In this document: one piece after another, positions 6,725-14,479 of the stretch
Position numbering within the stretch: position 1 is the first letter of the stretch
How the letters are laid out: each line of letters starts with the position of its first letter
Assembly: GCA_003516025.1 (NCBI GenBank)
Contig: CP023991.1
Span: 150,001 to 182,000, forward strand
Reading direction: 5' to 3'
Length of the DNA: 32,000 nt
Source: Candidatus Saccharimonadota bacterium
GTDB taxonomy: Bacteria > Patescibacteriota > Saccharimonadia > Saccharimonadales > UBA4665
Translations under genes and position numbers: made by a program
The notes under the pieces: generated by a model
The model's input: the letters and a program-made list of their open reading frames with translations, nothing else
What the model was told of the DNA's origin: nothing
Databases searched by the model: none

Positions 6725-8536
6725 ATGTCTCAGCACGACAATAACGCGGTACCCGCGGCTTCGCAACGAATATTCTGGCCACGGGTAAGCGAGGTCATTG
6801 GTGACGTTGTCGAAGCGGTGCAATTACCTCCGGAACAACCTCTTGGCGAAGCAGGCAAAAGAGACGTTCTGGCTTTTGAAAAAGAACTCTTCAGCGGACA
6901 CTTCGAGGATATAACCTGCACCCCTGGCCTTGATAAGGTTCCAAGCGTCATAGATACCTCGTATACCTTCGCGCCAAGCTATTTGTTGACCCCTCAGGGT
7001 AAAAAGGCTCTCGCGGATTTTGCTCCCGATAGTACAGAGCCGGCGTCGGAATCAGACGGCGTGCACGCGCTCCGTTCGCTACCATTCGCTTATTTAGCTG
7101 ATAAGAAAAAAGAACTAGAAGCATTTTCCGGCGATTCGATGCGTTACGCGAAATCGCAGTATCAGGAAGCCGCCCAGGATGATACTGAGATTGAGGATAT
7201 CCTCACGGTATCGATTAAGCGTGAACCCGAGAAGTTTATCGGCAAGCTGACCGCCCTGATTGCCAACCGAAGCTTTATCCATGAGGTCCGTAAGCGTTTG
7301 GCGGAATCGGACGCGGATGGTACAAGTCCTGTAACCCAGGCGAAATTAGTCGTTACTCAAATTTATCGTGACCGGATCAATTCCGATTTGGCGGGTATGT
7401 ATCCCAGCCTGCAGGAGTTATTGCAGCAGGAGGCTGCTCAAAGCGAGCCAGACCGTCAGGAACTCGCATCACAGCTGGAGCTAGCGAGAGCTATGGTAAA
7501 CGTTGCCCGCGCGGCACTTGCTGGCAGTGATATCCAGGCTACATTCATTCGCCGGTTGGATTATGTGCGTAACGGCGCTGCCTATAACGATGGGCGCATG
7601 ACGCCTATCGACGCGCGGATTTTTGATGACGTTGAAGCATTGAACCGAACGGGTCGTGAAACAGTTGAATCCGTATTCAAGGAAGACGAAATCGAACGGC
7701 TCGAGAACTTTTCACTGGATGCCGACGGTCTGAAACGGCTTATAGAAAAATATATGGAAGAAATCGGCATCACGGAGTGGGAACCGGAAATCCGGGCCGA
7801 CACCAATTCGATTAAAATCTCAGGCATTAATAAAAAGATTAAAATTCCACGGGACTATAGCCAGAAGCTGGCCCAGACATCGCCTTCGAGTGGCGCGGTA
7901 GCAATTGTAGAACATGAGATTGGCGGCGACCAGCCGGGCCATGTCATGCAGTATGTAAATGCGGCCCAAAACGATCAGGCCTTACGGATTGGAACCCATC
8001 CAAAGTATAAAGGCAAACGCGCGACCGCGCTTCGCGAAGCCGGTGGCGTTACCGCGGAAGCTGACGCTATGCACCGCTATTTTGGCCAGGAACGTAAGGC
8101 GCAGTCCGCGTACGCTAAAGCCATGGAAGTATTAGTTGAGAATGGAACGGTCAGCCGCGCGGTGGCGGCTTTCGCGATTGACTACCTGAAAGACTCTCCG
8201 GAAACTGATACCGATGACCGGGCGAAAATATATAAGTTAGCCGCGGACCGGGTGCTCCGTTTGAAGCGGTTCGGTGGGCATAACAGCCAGCCCCTTAATT
8301 ATGTGGAGGCGGCGACCGTTCGCCGGACGCTTGAATCGACTGACCTGGACACTCAAAAGACCATATTGGCGGAAGGGATCTTTGACCCTGTCGATATGCT
8401 GCGGTTACACCGGTACGGCCTGCTGACTACAGATACCAGCCATTTATTCAGTCCTAGGGAAAACCCGACTGCAGTTATGGCCCGGTTGATACGGGATATG
8501 ATAAATACGCCGTCTTCGGATAACGCGGAGAACTAG
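6725..8536 (+). CDS. hypothetical 603-aa protein with an HE…H metallopeptidase-like motif
   Basis: Long uninterrupted ORF with protein-like composition. VEHEIGGDQPGHV followed ~45 aa later by ALREAGGVTAE. I cannot make a confident family assignment. Confidence 0.8.
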   Translation: MSQHDNNAVPAASQRIFWPRVSEVIGDVVEAVQLPPEQPLGEAGKRDVLAFEKELFSGHFEDITCTPGLDKVPSVIDTSYTFAPSYLLTPQGKKALADFAPDSTEPASESDGVHALRSLPFAYLADKKKELEAFSGDSMRYAKSQYQEAAQDDTEIEDILTVSIKREPEKFIGKLTALIANRSFIHEVRKRLAESDADGTSPVTQAKLVVTQIYRDRINSDLAGMYPSLQELLQQEAAQSEPDRQELASQLELARAMVNVARAALAGSDIQATFIRRLDYVRNGAAYNDGRMTPIDARIFDDVEALNRTGRETVESVFKEDEIERLENFSLDADGLKRLIEKYMEEIGITEWEPEIRADTNSIKISGINKKIKIPRDYSQKLAQTSPSSGAVAIVEHEIGGDQPGHVMQYVNAAQNDQALRIGTHPKYKGKRATALREAGGVTAEADAMHRYFGQERKAQSAYAKAMEVLVENGTVSRAVAAFAIDYLKDSPETDTDDRAKIYKLAADRVLRLKRFGGHNSQPLNYVEAATVRRTLESTDLDTQKTILAEGIFDPVDMLRLHRYGLLTTDTSHLFSPRENPTAVMARLIRDMINTPSSDNAEN

Positions 8537-9546
8537 ACTAAGGTGTCATACAGTTCGTAGTAGCGCTTTACCATGGTGGCGAAGTCAAAGCGTTCGGCGA
8601 AGTTCCGGCAATTGAGCGGATCGAGCGAATCAATTATTGTCAGGGCAGTTTGAAATGTTGACGGGTCGTCGGCAATCACGCCTGTTACGCCAGCTTGAAC
8701 CAACTCGCTGTTAGCTCCCACAGAGTTAAGTATTACCGGCGTGCCACAAGCCTGCGCTTCGATGATAGTTTGACCGAATGCTTCTTCATGCTGTGGAAAA
8801 AATACCATTCCGCGCGCCCGGGCCATAAAAGCGGCTACTTGTTTTTGGTTTTGTGATCCGTGGTAGGCGATGCGCTCTCCGTCGACCATAGGCAGGATAG
8901 TTTCCCAGTAAGCCTGATCCGCCGGGTTGATCTTACCCACGATATCGAGTGTGGCACCGGCTGCCTGAACTGCCCGTACGACTTCGTAAACGCCTTTGTG
9001 CGGAGCGATTCGTCCAACGAACAGCAAGCGGTCGGATCGTGGCTCTAGTGATGTTTTAAATAACTCAAGATCGATGCCGTGGTAAATATAGTCAGCCGTG
9101 GGAATGCTCAGTTTTTTGTCTGCCGAAGCCATGTACCGGGTAACCGGTACGGTAACCACGTTGTGGTGGGTGTTTCGCGGCACGGATGCCGCGATATCTT
9201 TCGTTGGGAACCAGTGCTGGGTGGCTACCACCGAGCGGGCGGTCTGGTCGGCCAGGTCAAAATGTAAACTATCGAAGTGGCTGTGATAAAGTTGGTGCTC
9301 GCTCGCGGCAAAGGCCTGCAGCATCAGCCTGCTGTTCGTGGTGGTTTTATCTCTATCATCCGTTTGTACTAAAGATTTGAAGGAAATGCTATTGTGGTCG
9401 GTGGGTACGCTGGGTCCGGCGTATATGGTTACGTCGTGGCCATCGGCTGCTTGAGCGGCAGCCAGTCGCAGCGCCCATTCATAGCGCCCATTATGTTTTC
9501 GCAGGGGAAATGCCGCTCCATAAGGCAGCACATGCGCGATGTTCAT
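8533..9546 (-). CDS. glycosyltransferase family 4 (GT-B, Glycos_transf_1)
   Basis: LLFVGRIAPHKG…, EEAFGQTIIEAQACGTPV…, VTGVI are typical of the GT4 C-terminal domain. Confidence 0.9.
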   Translation of the reverse strand: MNIAHVLPYGAAFPLRKHNGRYEWALRLAAAQAADGHDVTIYAGPSVPTDHNSISFKSLVQTDDRDKTTTNSRLMLQAFAASEHQLYHSHFDSLHFDLADQTARSVVATQHWFPTKDIAASVPRNTHHNVVTVPVTRYMASADKKLSIPTADYIYHGIDLELFKTSLEPRSDRLLFVGRIAPHKGVYEVVRAVQAAGATLDIVGKINPADQAYWETILPMVDGERIAYHGSQNQKQVAAFMARARGMVFFPQHEEAFGQTIIEAQACGTPVILNSVGANSELVQAGVTGVIADDPSTFQTALTIIDSLDPLNCRNFAERFDFATMVKRYYELYDTLV

Positions 9547-10775
9547 CAGTCGACCCGTACCTTTAACTGAGCGATAGTTTGCCGGGCGCTGTCGAGTTCA
9601 GATTTGTCCGCGGATACAGCGCGGATTATAGCTGCCGCCTTATAGCCCTGTTTGGCGGGGCCGACCGGCTGTCCGGGCTTAGCCTTGATGTTGAAGTAGG
9701 TAAAATTTGCCCGGTCATAATCGCCGGTTATCCCGCCAAATACGCCTTCTGTTTCAGGAAAAAGCTCAGTAACGCTGCTGTAGCCGTTCCATGTTCCCGT
9801 AAGGTCCGGCAGCTGCCCGATAGCGACCCGTAATTCTTGTTCAAGTAAGTTTATGCCATAAGAATCGAGGTACATATCGGTTCGATAGCCCCCGGTCCGG
9901 GCGCCGATTTCAACGATTTTTACCTTGTTGTCATTGTGGATTAGTTCCACGTGGGCTGGTGACGATTGAAGTCCAAGCGCGGCGATGCCGGCTTCAGCGA
10001 CTGAAAATATCTGTTGCTCGAGACTTTTCTCGTACGTTGCTGGTAAAAGCCGCTCGTACAGGTAGGAGTCCTGAATGCCGATGTCGTTCGCTGTAGTGAG
10101 GCCGACAATGCCGTCGCAAAAGTGCGGCTTTCCAGCTTGATCGACAATAGCGGCCACTGAGCATAACTGGCCAGTTATAAACTCCTCCAGTATTAGCTGG
10201 GGTTCCCGGCCATATATATGGTATTTTTCGTAAAGACCCGCAATACTCTGAGCGGCGTATCGGAAGTTTGCTACCAGTTCCGCTTCGTTGTCACAGCGTG
10301 TAACCAGTAAACTTTTGACGAGATTCGTTGGTTTTAACATTAACGGGTATGTGGCGGTAGAGGCGAATGATAACGCCTCGGCTTCGGAAGTGACCACTGA
10401 GTAGCGCGGCGTGATTCGCGGATCGGCGGCAGTGAAGGCGGCCCGCATCAGGTTTTTGTCGGTACTTTTCCGCGCGGCGTCGATGCTCAGCGCGGGCAGG
10501 TCGAAAAACCGGGCTATTTCGGCCTTGGCGAGAATGTAATTTTCATACAGACAATACAGGCCGTCGATTGTAATATCAGTATGTGCTTTAAGCTGCTCGG
10601 AGAGTGGAACTGTACCTGAAAAATCCAAAGGAATGACGTTTTGGTAATGTTCCGGATGGCGCAGAGAAGCGTTTCTATCAAGAAATATACCCAGTGAATA
10701 CCCCAGTTTTCGCAGGGCCTCAACCGACTCCGCGTGAGGATAAGGCTTGCCGATGATGTAAATTACTGAGTGCAT
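9546..10775 (-). CDS. ATP-grasp domain protein (L-amino-acid-ligase-like)
   Basis: ATP-grasp_4-like layout: YPLMLKP…, LILEEFITG…, HVELIHNDNKVKIVEIGARTGG. Its TGA shares one nt with the ATG of the downstream GT gene (TGATG). Confidence 0.85.
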   Translation of the reverse strand: MHSVIYIIGKPYPHAESVEALRKLGYSLGIFLDRNASLRHPEHYQNVIPLDFSGTVPLSEQLKAHTDITIDGLYCLYENYILAKAEIARFFDLPALSIDAARKSTDKNLMRAAFTAADPRITPRYSVVTSEAEALSFASTATYPLMLKPTNLVKSLLVTRCDNEAELVANFRYAAQSIAGLYEKYHIYGREPQLILEEFITGQLCSVAAIVDQAGKPHFCDGIVGLTTANDIGIQDSYLYERLLPATYEKSLEQQIFSVAEAGIAALGLQSSPAHVELIHNDNKVKIVEIGARTGGYRTDMYLDSYGINLLEQELRVAIGQLPDLTGTWNGYSSVTELFPETEGVFGGITGDYDRANFTYFNIKAKPGQPVGPAKQGYKAAAIIRAVSADKSELDSARQTIAQLKVRVD

Positions 10776-10849
10776 GGTATCTAAACATCTTATCCTATGA
10801 AAGTACGGCCAACAAGTAATGGTCGAGTATTGAATATTTTAATCATAAA

Positions 10850-10858
10850 TGTTATAAT
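10850..10858 (+). promoter_or_regulatory. extended -10 box TGTTATAAT in the divergent 106-bp intergenic region
   Basis: Lies 23 nt upstream of the ATG at 10882. AT-rich surroundings, with no SD in the leader. Confidence 0.45.
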
Positions 10859-10881
10859 AAATTGTTATCGTATCTTCTACC

Positions 10882-11877
10882 ATGTATCCAGTAAACATCT
10901 ACACCACCACGAATTTATTGAAAGCCGGTCTTGAGGCTATTGGCTACCAGCACGAGACGTTAGTGCTCGATGGCCGCTATTTTTCACGGTATACCTCTCC
11001 ACGCGGCTGTAAATGGGTGACGTCCAACGCGCGTATCACCTATCCATTTATCGGCAGTACCGCTAAGGAAGTCAGCAAGGATAAGCGAACGGCTTACGCT
11101 TTAGCTGAAACTGTAGGCATAACCATTCCATTCACACGGACAGTGCAGGCTGTCGAGGACGCTGCTGCTACGTGGCAGGAAGTCGCCGCGCACAAGCCGC
11201 TGATTGTTAAACCAAGTAACGCGACGTTGTCCCGCGGGCTTACTATGAATGTTACCGATGAAGTCAGCCTGGTGGAAGCAATTACGCTCGCGCGCCAACA
11301 TTCTGACACTGTTTTGATCCAAAAGCAGGTACAGGGACAGGAAGTTCGCATGGCTGTGCTTGACGGCACCTGCGTGGCCGTTATTAACCGTCGTAACGCT
11401 CAGCTGGCCGGAGACGGCCGCCTCCCGGTCCGGCAGTTACTGGAACAGGAAAACCAGCAACGGGCAGATTTAAAGCTTCCGTATATCGTATACCCGAAGC
11501 TTGAAGCACCCACTGTGGATTTAACCGGTTTAGACATGTCCAAAGTCCTTGCCGATGGCGAGATACTGGAGCTGGGGCGTAGCGCTATGGTCCGACGGGG
11601 AGCCTCCGCCTATAATGTGACTGGCGCGGTGCATGAAAGTTATAAACGGGTCGCCGAAAAGTTAGCGGTTGAATTTGGACCGGGCTTCGTGGCTGTCGAT
11701 TTACTGATTGAAGACTTTACCAAGCCACTAACAACGAATAATTACGCTTTTTTGGAGTTCAACATGTCTCCTAATCTGGGAGTGTTTTATTGCTGCCGTG
11801 ACGGCAACCAGTTTGATATCGTGGAGCATCTGGTTCCTATGATTGATAAAGCCTTACATGGTGGGGAGCCGGCATGA
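10882..11877 (+). CDS. stand-alone ATP-grasp ligase resembling the N-terminal (Asp-adding) module of cyanophycin synthetase
   Basis: KDKRTAYALAETVGITIP…, PLIVKPSNATLSRGL…, LAGDGRLPVRQLLEQEN…, GRSAMVRRGASAYNVTGAVHES…, VAVDLLIED parallels the CphA ATP-grasp segment as I recall it. There is no Mur-ligase-like domain. Confidence 0.75.
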   Translation: MYPVNIYTTTNLLKAGLEAIGYQHETLVLDGRYFSRYTSPRGCKWVTSNARITYPFIGSTAKEVSKDKRTAYALAETVGITIPFTRTVQAVEDAAATWQEVAAHKPLIVKPSNATLSRGLTMNVTDEVSLVEAITLARQHSDTVLIQKQVQGQEVRMAVLDGTCVAVINRRNAQLAGDGRLPVRQLLEQENQQRADLKLPYIVYPKLEAPTVDLTGLDMSKVLADGEILELGRSAMVRRGASAYNVTGAVHESYKRVAEKLAVEFGPGFVAVDLLIEDFTKPLTTNNYAFLEFNMSPNLGVFYCCRDGNQFDIVEHLVPMIDKALHGGEPA

Positions 11878-12314
11878 ACCAGGAACATATGTTAGGCAGT
11901 TTTGAACTCGTTTCTTTTCCGGAATTCAGTATTCGTGACGAAATCGCCAAAGTTGATACCGGCGCGTATTCCGGGGCAATCCATTGTACGGATATACGGG
12001 TAGTCCGTGTCGGCATCAGCCGCAAGAAAGTTTTACGATTTGTCCCTTTCGGCAACCCGGCTTTAGCTATGGAAACCACTTCGTATAAACGTAAAATCGT
12101 CCGCAGTTCGTCTGGCCACCAGACGACGCGTTATTTAATCGATACAGTTATTGAAATCGCCGGCGAAAAATATACTATCCAGATTGGACTGAGTGATCGT
12201 TCCGATATGCGGCGGCAAGTACTTATCGGCCGCAAATTTATCCGTGAAAACAATTTTTTGGTTGACGTCAGAATTAACCAGGAACATGATGACGAAGGAG
12301 ATAAACAATTATGA
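11874..12314 (+). CDS. RimB-like retropepsin-fold peptidase (DUF785 / 'putative ATP-dependent zinc protease' family)
   Basis: IAKVDTGAYSGAIH…, RYLIDTVIEI…, LSDRSDMRRQVLIGRKFI…FLVDV. ATGA overlaps with both neighbours. Confidence 0.8.
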   Translation: MNQEHMLGSFELVSFPEFSIRDEIAKVDTGAYSGAIHCTDIRVVRVGISRKKVLRFVPFGNPALAMETTSYKRKIVRSSSGHQTTRYLIDTVIEIAGEKYTIQIGLSDRSDMRRQVLIGRKFIRENNFLVDVRINQEHDDEGDKQL

Positions 12315-13216
12315 AAATAGCCATTTTATCCAAGGGTTCACTCAACTACACGACCAAACGCCTGCGTGAAGTCGCTGAAGCCCGCGGCCACGAAGTTCAT
12401 GTCATTAACTACGCCAAGTGTTACATGACCATGGAGCGCAGCAAACCGGTTGTTTATTACAAAGGTGTGGCGCTCGACCATTTTGATGCCATAATCCCCC
12501 GTATCGCCCAAAGTTATACCAAATACGGTACGGCGGTTGTGCGTCAATTTGAAATGCAGGGTTCGTTTACGACGGCCAGTTCTATCGCTATCAACCGTTC
12601 CCGTGACAAGCTGCGTTCCTACCAGATTTTAGCCCGTCAGGACGTCGGCATTCCAAAGACGGTGTTCGCCCGGGAAACCGCCAACCTGGACGAAGTTGTT
12701 GAGCTTGCCGGTGGCGCGCCGGTAATTATTAAAGTGGCCCGCGGCACGCACGGCAACGGCGTGGTACTGGCTGAAACCCGCAAAGCAGCCAAAGCGGTAA
12801 TGCAGGCTTTCTATGTCGAGAGCGTGAACTTCATGGTGCAGGAATTCGTGGCTGAATCTGCTGGTACCGACATTCGGGCCTTAGTCGTCGGTGGCCGGGT
12901 TGTGGCCAGCATTGAACGCCAAAGCCTGGACGACGATTTCCGCTCCAACACTCACCAAGGCGGCGTCGGCAAGGCTACTAAGCTTACACCTGAAGAGGAG
13001 AAGACAGCCGTAAAAGCCGCCAAGGCCATGAACCTGCCAGTGTGCGGCGTCGACATGATGCGCTCTAAGGACGGTCCAAAGGTACTGGAAGTAAATTCTT
13101 CGGCAAGTATTAAAACGCCGGAACTGGTCACTAAGCGTGACGTCGCGACTAAAATAATCGAGTACATCGAACGTAATGCCAAGAGTAAGCCTAAAAAAGA
13201 TAAAGTCGGCGCTTAA
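12311..13216 (+). CDS. rimK: RimK-family alpha-L-glutamate ligase (ribosomal protein S6 modification type)
   Basis: MKIAILS…, DAIIPRI…, KLRSYQILA…GIP.P.T, VIIKV..GTHG.GV.LAE, IRALVVGG…, GVDMM… are collinear with RimK. Confidence 0.92.
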   Translation: MKIAILSKGSLNYTTKRLREVAEARGHEVHVINYAKCYMTMERSKPVVYYKGVALDHFDAIIPRIAQSYTKYGTAVVRQFEMQGSFTTASSIAINRSRDKLRSYQILARQDVGIPKTVFARETANLDEVVELAGGAPVIIKVARGTHGNGVVLAETRKAAKAVMQAFYVESVNFMVQEFVAESAGTDIRALVVGGRVVASIERQSLDDDFRSNTHQGGVGKATKLTPEEEKTAVKAAKAMNLPVCGVDMMRSKDGPKVLEVNSSASIKTPELVTKRDVATKIIEYIERNAKSKPKKDKVGA

Positions 13217-13652
13217 AGCTTCTCCCATTTATACTCGGGTGGGACTTTTGCTGCTATTGGCAGTCCTCCTTGTTTCCGGCCTCATATTTTTGAGACAATC
13301 TAACACCAATACGGTTCTGCGTGCTAAAAACCAGGACTTTTACCTGGAAACGGTGAGTAGCGAGGCCAGTCAGCAGAAGGGTCTCAGTGGACGGTCTTTA
13401 TTGGCGCCGGAGGCTGGCATGCTGTTTTTGTACACTTCCTCTACTGAGCGCTGCTTTTGGATGAAAGACATGCGTTTTCCGATTGACATAATCTGGGCAG
13501 ACGCCAACAGGCGTATTACGCGCATCGAACCTAAGCTCAGCCCGGATACGTACCCGCAAAGCTACTGCGCAGATGCTCAATACGTCATTGAGTTGCCAGC
13601 CGGCAGCGCGGCCAAGAACGGCCTGCAGGCAGGGCGGCAACTGAGCTTCTAA
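13176..13652 (+). CDS. DUF192 (COG1430) domain protein with N-terminal signal-anchor
   Basis: GLSGRS…GMLFLY…CFWMKDMRFPIDIIW…YVIELPAG. ATG 13176 overlaps rimK by 41 nt. An in-frame GTG at 13239 is an alternative start. Confidence 0.8.
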   Translation: MPRVSLKKIKSALKASPIYTRVGLLLLLAVLLVSGLIFLRQSNTNTVLRAKNQDFYLETVSSEASQQKGLSGRSLLAPEAGMLFLYTSSTERCFWMKDMRFPIDIIWADANRRITRIEPKLSPDTYPQSYCADAQYVIELPAGSAAKNGLQAGRQLSF

Positions 13653-13701
13653 CACTATGCGGTCTTCAATCCGTCACGCTTATGCTATATAGTGTGAATT
13701 G

Positions 13702-14208
13702 ATGGATCCTCTGTATATTTTGTTAATTATGCTGGCTGTGCCATTCATAGCGCTCATGGCGCTGCGTATCAACGCTTCACTGGTGTTTTTGGCCTTGTGC
13801 CTCGGAAACGTGCTTGTCCAGTTCGTTGGCCCTGACGCGGCGACGATTTTATCGAGTACTACCGCCCGGACGCCAGGCGGAGTAGCGCCCAGCCAATCAA
13901 TTATTAATTTGGCCCTGTTGCTTTTGCCGGTAGCGCTGACTATGGTTATCATGATCCACACGGTTAAGGGAGCAAAATTAGCCTTTAACACGTTACCGGC
14001 GCTTGGCGTGAGTGTACTGGCCGCTTTACTGGCCGTACCGTTGCTATCCGAAGAGTTAACCGGGTCGATTACCAGTTTGGGGCTGTGGGACAAGCTGCAA
14101 AGCCTGGAAACGCTTATTTTGACCGCCACGACGCTGTTATGTCTGTTGTTTCTCTGGATGCAGCGTCCGAAAAAGAAACACGATGATGAAGGCGGCAAGC
14201 ATCACTAG
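13702..14208 (+). CDS. hypothetical integral membrane protein (about 5 hydrophobic segments, Lys/His-rich tail)
   Basis: Hydrophobic-helix periodicity. ATG at 13702 (the track's 13699 start is a TTG one codon upstream). TGCTATATA at 13683-13691 lies just upstream. Confidence 0.7.
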   Translation: MDPLYILLIMLAVPFIALMALRINASLVFLALCLGNVLVQFVGPDAATILSSTTARTPGGVAPSQSIINLALLLLPVALTMVIMIHTVKGAKLAFNTLPALGVSVLAALLAVPLLSEELTGSITSLGLWDKLQSLETLILTATTLLCLLFLWMQRPKKKHDDEGGKHH

Positions 14209-14231
14209 GGCGCGATTAGCCAGTTGCCCAG

Positions 14232-14259
14232 TTGACTTTTAGGCGAAAATACCGATAAT
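14232..14259 (+). promoter_or_regulatory. candidate promoter of tRNA-Lys
   Basis: TTGACT (14232-14237), 16-nt spacer, GATAAT (14254-14259), about 35 nt upstream of the tRNA. Confidence 0.4.
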
Positions 14260-14293
14260 ATAAGGAGTTATTTGAGCAATCAACACATTTTGT

Positions 14294-14370
14294 GGGTCCA
14301 TAGCTCAGCCGGTTAGAGCACCTGCCTTTTAAGCAGGGTGTCGTGGGTTCGAGTCCCACTGGACCCTCCA
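14294..14370 (+). tRNA. tRNA-Lys (anticodon UUU), CCA encoded
   Basis: Acceptor stem GGGTCCA/TGGACCC. Anticodon arm CCTGC-CTTTTAA-GCAGG, so the anticodon is TTT. T-arm GTGGGTTCGAGTCCCAC. Terminal TCCA. Confidence 0.93.
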
Positions 14371-14391
14371 AGAGTTGTATAACAGATAAGC

Positions 14392-14424
14392 AAAAGCGTC
14401 ACCGCAATGGTGGCGCTTTTGTTT
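14392..14424. terminator. intrinsic terminator, probably bidirectional (tRNA-Lys on + and nhaA on -)
   Basis: AAAAGCGTCACC-gcaat-GGTGGCGCTTTT hairpin with one G-U pair. A T-run follows on the + strand, and the A-run becomes a T-run on the - strand. Confidence 0.7.
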
Positions 14425-14479
14425 ATGGGAGGGTGGGGTATATAAATGTGGCTAGTGAGTCTTTATAATTTCCGAGTGA

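Noticed and set aside
13176-13216. The 41-nt overlap between rimK and the DUF192 gene as a programmed feature
   Set aside because: It is probably just start-codon ambiguity. An in-frame GTG at 13239 would remove the overlap, and I cannot decide between the two starts from sequence alone.
13680-14198. 172-aa minus-strand ORF antisense to the membrane-protein gene
   Set aside because: The + strand product has clear TM-helix periodicity and a promoter-proximal ATG. The minus product is Ser/Ala/Asn-rich with no features.
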